A stretch of 29,569 nucleotides of DNA, taken from the IMG/VR virus record IMGVR_UViG_3300028610_000690, positions 1 through 29,569 of that record; one strand, 5' to 3'. The DNA is from a virus. Taxonomy: Duplodnaviria; Caudoviricetes. The first letter of the stretch is position 1; each line of letters starts with the position of its first letter. The notes beneath the pieces are model-generated. The model made no database searches and had not been told where the DNA came from. It saw only the letters and a list, made by a program, of their open reading frames with translations. Shown piece by piece: positions 16,358 to 23,746 of the stretch. A program made the translations under genes and the position numbers.

Positions 16358-16672
16358 CTATTCTTCTAATTTTTTCTCAGGAACAGGTTGAATGATATGA
16401 CCAAATTCTTCCCGACGGTGGTTCAACTTGGAGTAGAAAAGATCTGTCACGGACTGGGCTTTAGCACGAGACAACTCTTCATTCTTATAATACATACCCT
16501 CAGGGTCGTCTCTATAATCCCATACGCCGCCGAGCATCTCCTTCCCAGTCTCCAGATCAATAACAACTTCCAAAGCCAATCCGCAAGGATGCAACAACCT
16601 TCTATTGATTTCTTGAATAAAGCCCAACTTACGAAATTCCTTTATTGATATCAGCTTTATATCATCAGGCAT
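16358..16672 (-). CDS. Hypothetical protein
   Basis: Coupled to the RNase HII stop; GFIQEINRRLLHPCGLAL and VWDYRDDPEG look conserved. Confidence 0.75.
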   Translation of the reverse strand: MPDDIKLISIKEFRKLGFIQEINRRLLHPCGLALEVVIDLETGKEMLGGVWDYRDDPEGMYYKNEELSRAKAQSVTDLFYSKLNHRREEFGHIIQPVPEKKLEE

Positions 16673-17252
16673 ACTCGTATACTCCCTTAAAAGTCAGCCT
16701 GTGCATACAACAAGGACCATGAACCATAATGGCTTCGCGATGTTGTTCGGTTCCGTACCCCTTATGCTTCGCAAAACCATACTCAGGATAGATATAGTCC
16801 ATCTCGACCATGTAGTTATCTCGATATACCTTAGCAATAATGGAGGCTGCTCCTATTGCTTTGTTGATGTCATCGCCTCCCTTGAGAGTCTGCTGAGGTA
16901 AATTCAGCTTAGGGATCTCACTATTACCGTCAACTAGGACGAGATCTGGACGACCTCCCTGCTCAACCACTGCCTCCACACACTTTCTCATGGTCCACAA
17001 AGTGGATTGGAGAATGTTGATCTCATCTATCTGATGGGGAGGGCCTTCACGAATAGCGTAAATGCACTCCTCGGTGATGTATTCAGATAATAGCTGTCGC
17101 TTCTTAGCAGACAGCTTCTTACTATCTCTTACCTGATCAATCCAGGGACGATGCTCCGCAGGAAGAATGACCGCTGCGCAGACCACAGGTCCAGCTAGGC
17201 AGCCTCTACCTACCTCATCAACCCCGATTATCTTCTTCGCTCTGATCATCAC
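16665..17252 (-). CDS. rnhB: Ribonuclease HII
   Basis: GVDEVGRGCLAGPV, DSKKLS, IDEINIL, VDGN, KGGD, AASIIAKVYRD, HKGYGT, HR.TF. Confidence 0.97.
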   Translation of the reverse strand: MMIRAKKIIGVDEVGRGCLAGPVVCAAVILPAEHRPWIDQVRDSKKLSAKKRQLLSEYITEECIYAIREGPPHQIDEINILQSTLWTMRKCVEAVVEQGGRPDLVLVDGNSEIPKLNLPQQTLKGGDDINKAIGAASIIAKVYRDNYMVEMDYIYPEYGFAKHKGYGTEQHREAIMVHGPCCMHRLTFKGVYEYA

Positions 17253-17664
17253 TTCGTGTCCAAATTATTTGGCTATCAACAATCTCATGATCTGAGGTCT
17301 GATAGACGATGGGATCCTCTTCTACCTTTGTGCCCACTAAGGCTGCAGTTGCGGTAGATGCAGGCATGAGAAGAGACTTGGTGCGGGCAAACCCACCCTC
17401 TGTCTGAACCGACCCATCCTCGGCTACCGGAACCACTCCCATTTCAAGAAGGCGCTTGATCATCTTACGAGTCTTCTTGTCTATGGGAGGCATGTATATC
17501 GACGCACAGGGGACACGATTCTCGTACTCCCCCTTGAAGTTATACATGGTACAAGTTCGCTTCTTCTTGGGCTTGACCTTGGCGTTCTTGGCATTGCAGT
17601 GGCTGCCAGAAAGCTTAGTACAATCGATACAACGAACCTTATTACCGCCTTCAAACTGTGCCAT
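17218..17664 (-). CDS. Hypothetical protein with an N-terminal Cys cluster
   Basis: CIDC...C...C; TAATG coupling. Confidence 0.7.
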   Translation of the reverse strand: MAQFEGGNKVRCIDCTKLSGSHCNAKNAKVKPKKKRTCTMYNFKGEYENRVPCASIYMPPIDKKTRKMIKRLLEMGVVPVAEDGSVQTEGGFARTKSLLMPASTATAALVGTKVEEDPIVYQTSDHEIVDSQIIWTRSDDQSEEDNRG

Positions 17665-18116
17665 TAATCGTCCTCAAGATCTGATTCATCCACACTGACG
17701 GTGGCGTGTGTCTTACGCTTACCTTGTTCTTCCAAGACTTCCTTTTTGGTGCCAGCAATAATTCCAGCACCTAGTGAACGCTCGGGGCGAGGTGTGGGGT
17801 TGAATCTCTTCGTCAGCTTCTCTTGAAGCTCCTTAGAAGTTGCGCCTTCCTCGCTATTAGCGAGCTGCTTCATAGCTTCCTCATAAAGTTCATCCTTAGG
17901 GGCATGGGCGGACACACCCTTCTTGCTCCGCTTTTTCTTAGAGCCCTTGGGACGGCCAGCCTTGCGCTTACCAGGGGCTTTCGCAGGCGGCGTCCCCTCA
18001 TCATCGGCTTCGCCTTCCATAAGCTCCCTTAGAAGCTCAATCTTTGTCTCAAAGACGTCGATCTTATCCTCATACTCTTCAATCTTTGCTTGCAATGCCT
18101 CGTTGAAATTAGTCAT
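17664..18116 (-). CDS. Hypothetical protein, coiled coil plus AT-hook-like basic motif
   Basis: N-terminal heptads; KRKAGRPKGSKKKR; acidic C-terminus. Confidence 0.7.
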   Translation of the reverse strand: MTNFNEALQAKIEEYEDKIDVFETKIELLRELMEGEADDEGTPPAKAPGKRKAGRPKGSKKKRSKKGVSAHAPKDELYEEAMKQLANSEEGATSKELQEKLTKRFNPTPRPERSLGAGIIAGTKKEVLEEQGKRKTHATVSVDESDLEDD

Positions 18117-18714
18117 CGGATTTTGTCCTCACACTTTTCTCATGGATTTCATCGATAATACCAAAGTCCTTTGCTTCCATTGGAGTCATCCACTTATCCC
18201 GTTCAAAATGGGATTTAATCTCTTCAAGAGAATTACCAGTATTCTTAGACAAGATCGTCATGAGAAGATCATTCTTTCGCATCATTTCGTCATATCTGAT
18301 AGAGACATCGGGGGCAGACCCTTCCGCCCCGCCTTGTACCATGTGCATCATGATACTGGTATGAGGAAGTGAGAACCGCTTACCGACCGTACCCCCAGAT
18401 AACAAAAAGCACCCCATACTTACAGCCTGACCCACACATACAGTCACAATATCAGGTTTGACGTAGTGCATGGTGTCGTAAATGCCTAGACCCGCAGTAA
18501 CTGATCCACCCGGGGAGTTAATATACATGAAGACATCTTTCTCGGCGTCGTCACTCTCCAGGAACAGCAACTGGGCTATGATGGCATTTGCCACTTGGTC
18601 ATTGATTGGGGTGCCTACAAAAATAATTCTGTCTTTGAGTAGTCGGGAGTAAAGATCGTATACTTTCTCGTTACTGCCATCCTTCTCGATCACTACAGGC
18701 AAAGGGTAGCTCAT
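18109..18714 (-). CDS. clpP: ATP-dependent Clp protease proteolytic subunit
   Basis: YDLYSRLLKDRIIF, AQLLFLE, YINSPGGSVTAG; catalytic S (GQAVSMG), H (IMMH) and D (ERDKWM); FGIID. Confidence 0.97.
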   Translation of the reverse strand: MSYPLPVVIEKDGSNEKVYDLYSRLLKDRIIFVGTPINDQVANAIIAQLLFLESDDAEKDVFMYINSPGGSVTAGLGIYDTMHYVKPDIVTVCVGQAVSMGCFLLSGGTVGKRFSLPHTSIMMHMVQGGAEGSAPDVSIRYDEMMRKNDLLMTILSKNTGNSLEEIKSHFERDKWMTPMEAKDFGIIDEIHEKSVRTKSDD

Positions 18715-18726
18715 CGATTGATTCCT

Positions 18727-18900
18727 TTAATTGTTAGTGATGCATTCATGCACCAAAAAACCTCTACCACCACAAGTATCACAGGTTTGCTCCTCTGGCT
18801 TGAGAGGATCCGCGCTGTAAGCATTGTGAACCAAAATAATCCCATCCACACACTCGGGCTCGGGGCAAGGGATTGACTGAACAGATACGATAGGTGTCAT
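18727..18900 (-). CDS. 57-aa microprotein with a DnaJ-like zinc-finger motif
   Basis: Not in the track. AAGGAG RBS; MTPIVSVQSIPCPEPECVDG...QTCDTCGGRGFLVHECITNN*. Confidence 0.7.
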   Translation of the reverse strand: MTPIVSVQSIPCPEPECVDGIILVHNAYSADPLKPEEQTCDTCGGRGFLVHECITNN

Positions 18901-18909
18901 ACACTCTCC

Positions 18910-19029
18910 TTAATCATGGCTGCGGGGACTGCAGCTACTGCTAAAGCACCAATACTTTGATATAGCACTAAACCACCGCATTGGTTTCTTACAGTCAGGG
19001 CAAATCGGGGACCTTTCTTCCCTACTCAT
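18910..19029 (-). CDS. 39-aa Cys-rich microprotein
   Basis: Not in the track. GGGAGG RBS directly after a promoter; MSREERSPICPDCKKPMRWFSAISKYWCFSSSCSPRSHD*. Confidence 0.65.
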   Translation of the reverse strand: MSREERSPICPDCKKPMRWFSAISKYWCFSSSCSPRSHD

Positions 19030-19049
19030 CTCTTCCTCCCACAGTATAA

Positions 19050-19078
19050 ACTATATGGTATTTTCCCCTAAAAGTCAA
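19050..19078 (-). promoter_or_regulatory. Sigma70-type promoter for the microprotein-clpP operon
   Basis: TTGACT (19078-19073), 17 nt, TATAGT (19055-19050). Confidence 0.8.
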
Positions 19079-19095
19079 CTATTCAGCGAAAAATT

Positions 19096-19899
19096 CTAGC
19101 TATGGTACGTCTTAATCTCACCAATATAGTGGTTTTTCATGTGCTCAGCGTGGGCTTTAGAAACCAACTTGCAACCCTCACGTATCTCTTCCGCCGTAGC
19201 ACTCTTTAACCGACCATCCGCCAACATGTGGTGCCTCCTACACAGAGGAAGCCAATTAGTACCATCAAGTGGATTGTTTTGGTGGTCACCGTCAAGATGA
19301 TGGCAGTCTACTGCCTTTACATTCTCACCTTCAACCTTATCACAGCCTGGATAGAAACATTTTAGAGGGTCGCCAAAAATCTTCTTCAGTCGGTGTTTAC
19401 CCTTACCAAAATAGAGGTGTCTAGAAACGCCTCCCTTCCAAGCATTGCCTTTCTCAGCGGACTGGGACTCAGAAATGTGTTTGCGCCTCTCATCCGTAAA
19501 CTCTACCTGACTAAGCTTAAGTCGAGTAAGATCACTTACGTCATGACCTAACAAACCAGCGCTGATAGCCAGCTTGTGTCCTTCGGAAAGCTGAGAACCA
19601 AGACGGGCTTGTCTAATCTTCTCAATAGCGTCCGGAGTATGCTTCCGACCCTGGTTAGCAATGGAAATCTTGAGACCCTTAGAGGTCTGCTTGCTAACCT
19701 TACCTTTCTTCCTGAGGATAAACCTCAAGCGTGCGACCTGAATGCGTCTTCTCGTTAGAGGAGACACAATAGGAGCGCCGGGAAATTCCTGTCTATATGT
19801 CTTAGCAGTATGCTTATGCTTTCTTAAATGACCTGCTAAGGACTTAAATCGGGTAAAACAAACCTCACACTTTACGGTGGGGGAAAGTCGGCCTGCCAT
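19096..19899 (-). CDS. Free-standing HNH endonuclease with NUMOD3-like repeats and an N-terminal Ros/MucR-like zinc finger
   Basis: CEVCFTRFKSLAGHLRKH...YRQEFP; GRKHTPDAIEKIR-type repeats; AWKGG; CHHLDGDHQNN...NWLPLCRRHH. Confidence 0.8.
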   Translation of the reverse strand: MAGRLSPTVKCEVCFTRFKSLAGHLRKHKHTAKTYRQEFPGAPIVSPLTRRRIQVARLRFILRKKGKVSKQTSKGLKISIANQGRKHTPDAIEKIRQARLGSQLSEGHKLAISAGLLGHDVSDLTRLKLSQVEFTDERRKHISESQSAEKGNAWKGGVSRHLYFGKGKHRLKKIFGDPLKCFYPGCDKVEGENVKAVDCHHLDGDHQNNPLDGTNWLPLCRRHHMLADGRLKSATAEEIREGCKLVSKAHAEHMKNHYIGEIKTYHS

Positions 19900-19950
19900 A
19901 AGCAGTCACCATCCTCACTCCCCGAATATTTGGTTAATTATCCCCTTTGT

Positions 19951-20226
19951 TTAGAATCCTTCTCTCAAAGGCGCACCGTGGGTCTCCATACAAGCAACCC
20001 CCAGTGCAGTAGCCTTTCGTACAACATGAAGCATTTGTTCTGCAGTAGGAGTACCCGGTAATTCATCTTGGGTACTGGCTAATTGGCGTAACTCATCTAA
20101 CTGGTGCTCCATCCAAAGTGTATAAGCAGAAATAGAGTTTACAGCATCGTTAAGACCACCCCATTTTTCATTTTGATACTCCCGTTCACCACTTATAGCA
20201 TTATAAACTTCTTTTCGTGTTGCCAT
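19951..20226 (-). CDS. Hypothetical protein (possibly MazG-like helical fold)
   Basis: EREYQNEKWG...RKATALGVACME; AAGG RBS; fold call is weak. Confidence 0.65.
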   Translation of the reverse strand: MATRKEVYNAISGEREYQNEKWGGLNDAVNSISAYTLWMEHQLDELRQLASTQDELPGTPTAEQMLHVVRKATALGVACMETHGAPLREGF

Positions 20227-20248
20227 TTATAATTACCTTTCCTTATTA

Positions 20249-22804
20249 TTATTCGCATCCTGAGTAGCCGCAATCTTTGCATTGGAGACAACCTTGTTCC
20301 ATTACAAGTTTCTTGGATCCACAGGAGCGACATCTTGATACTTCTAAATACTCCTCATCTGTGATATACTTCTTCAGTACACGCACAATAGCCTTGCTAA
20401 ACGTCGTCACGTCCCCATCACACTTAGTCAATTGGGACACGAGGGCATTTAAAGGTGCTCCATGCCTCAGACCGGTTGATAGCAACCGGGTAATCATTCT
20501 GTGCTCATCTGAGAATAACAAGTGCGCCACGTTCTTGATGGCCCAGGCGTCGTCGCCGTCACCAATAATCAAGTTATATCTTCCGCGGCCGTTACGTTGT
20601 AGTAATCCTTTTGTTCTGTTGGTAGGTATAGAAATCTGTTCCTCTGGAAAACAGAAGATCTCGTAGGGTCTTCCATGTAGGAGCCCTACCAGGAGCTTCC
20701 ACTTCTCTCCCTTAACACTCGTTGCATGAATGTCACAATCCAGGTCATCGGGACGCTTAGGTGCCTGCATAGTCACTACAGTCTGGGGTCTGGCGTCCTT
20801 GTTTTTGGCATAATTCTTGAGGGTTTCGAGGACCTGAGTCTTGGACCCGTCCCGGTAGACAGCTGTGGACTTGATGTTCATATCAAAGGCCCCGATATAT
20901 GCACCCATGATGTCCTCTACAGTCGCGTCAGACGGAAGATTAATGGTCTTGGATACCGAGCTGTCAACCTGCTCCGCAAAGATCGCCTGCATCGCAAGGT
21001 GGTCCTTCCACCCTATATCCTGGGCTTCCTCGAAATACTTTGGTACTCTCTTACTGCGACGCAGCTCTTTGAGGTTATATCCGTACTCGTTGTAGTCAAT
21101 GCCCCGTTCTTCGAGCCAAGCCAAAAAGCTAGGACAACCGTCCGTGATAGTACCCACGTTAGAGTTTCTAACGTAAGCCATAGCGAAATAAGGCTCACAC
21201 CCAGAAGAATACCCCGTAATAGTTCCAGTAGTTCCTGTAGGTGCTTGCGTAAGAATTGTGACGTTTGCAATGCCATACTCTTTCATTGCCTCCGCAAGGT
21301 CTGGACGCTCTTTGATGAGCTGCTGGATAAACTTGCTCTGAAGGAACTCCTCGTACTTGAAAGCAGGGAACGGACCAATCTCTTTGGCCAACTCAATAGA
21401 TGCTTCGTAAGCAGAGTGCTTGATGAACTTCAGGATCTTCTTGGCCATAGCCCTACCTGAATCCTGGCTATAGATATACTCCCTCTCACTGTAAATGGAC
21501 ATGCGGATCAAGGCCTCGTGCATCCCAATGGTGCCTAGACCAATCCTACGCTCAGCCTGAGCGTTGCTATCAATCTGATCAACTCCCGTCTCGTTGAGAA
21601 GGGTGATCCAATTGAGACTACGCACTAAGACAGCTACGGCTTCCTTTAGTCCCTCCCAATCTATATCACCATCCTCAGTCACGAACTCAGGCAATACGAG
21701 ACTGGACAGACAACACACAGACCACGGAGGCAAAACCTGCTCGGCACATGGATTGGTGGCATCAAGAGGGTTGAAGTACTCGCCATTGTGGAAAGCCCTA
21801 GCCCTATCAATGAAGAAAATACCTGGGCATCCATCCTCCCACGCATTAGTACAAATACGTCGGAACCAATCGTGCGCAGTAAGGTGGTAGGGGCCATTGA
21901 TTAGCTTGAGGTGTTCTATATTTCTAAAAGGCACCTCATTCATAGCCTCATGCAAGGCAATCTCTTCATTCGGAGCACAAACACTGATGGGTACTATAGT
22001 TTCAACGATCTCACCATTAACTAAGTGATCCTGCATCAACAGTTCAAAGTCCCAAAGAGACCATTCCACATCATTCCAGTGGAGCTTCCACACCTTCTTT
22101 GTTTCGCGCTTAACCTGACGCATGAAGTCATCGGACAGGGCTACAGAAACGTTGAATGTCTGCCAGGGATAGGGGTTTACCCACTGCCACTGCTTGAACT
22201 TATTCTCGTCGGTGATTACTGCAAACTTACGAAGATTCTCCCAGTTGGATCTGGACTTCTTGGTAATAAACTTCAGCAGCCCGGGGTGGGTATCGTTAAG
22301 AATACCCATGTTCGCGCCGCTACGATTACCTCCCTGTTGGATATTGGAGGAGGCATACCCCATAGCGGTAATAAAACCCTCGGGACCACTGGAACGGGCA
22401 TTAGCCCCCTTACACCAGGAGCCGCTCGGCCTTAGAGAGGAGAAGTTAATCCCTGTTCCTCCTCCATGTGCTTGAACGTGGAAGTGAATACGCTGTGCTT
22501 CGGAGATATCCTCACGGCTATCGTCAATACCCAGAACAAAGCAGTTGAACATGTTCTTGATACCAGTACCGGCCTGAGCAAGAGGCCTACCCCCGTACAT
22601 GATCTTCTTGTCTTCGCACAAACTTTGAGCCAGCTCTTTATGAATGGGATCAGACTGGTAGATGTAGTCATTCACCCTCTTGAATGTCTCAAAAATGTTC
22701 TTCTCTACCGAAAGACCTGTGTCATCCTTGAGGTAATACCTGGAACGCGCTATCGCCTCGTGGGCTGGGTTCGAAAAGTAAGTCTCAGGGGTATAGTTGG
22801 CCAC
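20249..22804 (-). CDS. nrdJ: Class II (adenosylcobalamin-dependent) ribonucleotide reductase
   Basis: FNCFV, GGGTG, QGGNRSGANM, FNVSV, TNPCAEQ active-site loop, RRIGLG, APTGT, VDSSVSKTINLP, YRDGSK; C-terminal TSCPD-like region and CxxC...CxxCGYSGC tail; no NrdB gene adjacent. Confidence 0.9.
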   Translation of the reverse strand: MANYTPETYFSNPAHEAIARSRYYLKDDTGLSVEKNIFETFKRVNDYIYQSDPIHKELAQSLCEDKKIMYGGRPLAQAGTGIKNMFNCFVLGIDDSREDISEAQRIHFHVQAHGGGTGINFSSLRPSGSWCKGANARSSGPEGFITAMGYASSNIQQGGNRSGANMGILNDTHPGLLKFITKKSRSNWENLRKFAVITDENKFKQWQWVNPYPWQTFNVSVALSDDFMRQVKRETKKVWKLHWNDVEWSLWDFELLMQDHLVNGEIVETIVPISVCAPNEEIALHEAMNEVPFRNIEHLKLINGPYHLTAHDWFRRICTNAWEDGCPGIFFIDRARAFHNGEYFNPLDATNPCAEQVLPPWSVCCLSSLVLPEFVTEDGDIDWEGLKEAVAVLVRSLNWITLLNETGVDQIDSNAQAERRIGLGTIGMHEALIRMSIYSEREYIYSQDSGRAMAKKILKFIKHSAYEASIELAKEIGPFPAFKYEEFLQSKFIQQLIKERPDLAEAMKEYGIANVTILTQAPTGTTGTITGYSSGCEPYFAMAYVRNSNVGTITDGCPSFLAWLEERGIDYNEYGYNLKELRRSKRVPKYFEEAQDIGWKDHLAMQAIFAEQVDSSVSKTINLPSDATVEDIMGAYIGAFDMNIKSTAVYRDGSKTQVLETLKNYAKNKDARPQTVVTMQAPKRPDDLDCDIHATSVKGEKWKLLVGLLHGRPYEIFCFPEEQISIPTNRTKGLLQRNGRGRYNLIIGDGDDAWAIKNVAHLLFSDEHRMITRLLSTGLRHGAPLNALVSQLTKCDGDVTTFSKAIVRVLKKYITDEEYLEVSRCRSCGSKKLVMEQGCLQCKDCGYSGCE

Positions 22805-22833
22805 TAACCATCTCCTTGCCTATTCCTATTGCT

Positions 22834-23238
22834 TTACGCGATTCTGTTTGTGTCCGAATTATGTCCGGGCTGCGCATCAAATAAGAAATCTCCAATACCC
22901 ACACCGTGAAGATCGAAAAATCCAACTGGAACCTCAAGTGCGTACTGAATATCTTTTCTTGTAGTTGCTTGGGTGAACCCATACCCAGGATCAAGCCTGT
23001 AGATCTCCACCACTTCTCCATAATCGGTAACAAATGCTACATCTACTGGGAATAATAGTCCCTTGGGGGTCATAATAGGGCTGAACTTACAGCCGAAGTC
23101 AAAAACCATTCCATCAAAAGGATCTAAACTAGCGACTCCGCTAAGACCTCGGATTAATTCCGGGCCTGTTGTTGCTAAAGAGAAGTTGAATTCTTTATCT
23201 CCTAGCGAAAACTTTCTACCTGTGGGTAACTCGGGCAT
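22834..23238 (-). CDS. DUF192 family protein
   Basis: RGLSG...DGMVFDF...FPVDVAFV...G.VV...YALEVPVG...IGD. Confidence 0.85.
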   Translation of the reverse strand: MPELPTGRKFSLGDKEFNFSLATTGPELIRGLSGVASLDPFDGMVFDFGCKFSPIMTPKGLLFPVDVAFVTDYGEVVEIYRLDPGYGFTQATTRKDIQYALEVPVGFFDLHGVGIGDFLFDAQPGHNSDTNRIA

Positions 23239-23716
23239 CGATTGCTCTCCTTCGACGAATGTATCTTGATAAATCCTTAGACGTCATGTCTATCTGAACA
23301 CTTACACTATTCAGAACACCAACTACTTGGGGAAATTTTATAGACAGCTCGTCAAAGACATCAGATCGAATATTACTATAAGCAGTCTGACCAATGTCGA
23401 TGTAATCCCCTAGACAAAACCAAGTCTTTCTAGACTCCAGACTATCAGGAAATATACCCGAAACAAACAAAGCCACATCACCGGTAACTCGTAGATATTC
23501 TCTACGGATTAGACCGTCAGAGTCGAGGGCTTTGCGTAGTAAGTCATTTAGGAACACACTTCTGGAAACCATGTCATGAACACCAGAGGAGAGATTGACC
23601 ATTACTTCAATCACATAAGTCTCCGCGTATGGGCTGATCTCAAGTTCATTGTTTTCTAAAGATGTACTTATCAAATCCGTAAAAGCCTCTTCCAGAGTCT
23701 CTTTTACGATCCTCAA
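23216..23716 (-). CDS. Conserved-looking hypothetical protein
   Basis: LRVTGDVALFVSGIFPDSL...DYIDIGQTAY recalls an uncharacterised bacterial family (unverified); TTG start after AGGAGG. Confidence 0.7.
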   Translation of the reverse strand: MRIVKETLEEAFTDLISTSLENNELEISPYAETYVIEVMVNLSSGVHDMVSRSVFLNDLLRKALDSDGLIRREYLRVTGDVALFVSGIFPDSLESRKTWFCLGDYIDIGQTAYSNIRSDVFDELSIKFPQVVGVLNSVSVQIDMTSKDLSRYIRRRRAIDARVTHR

Positions 23717-23746
23717 AGCAGCACCTCCTATTCCCAGTGGGGAGAA

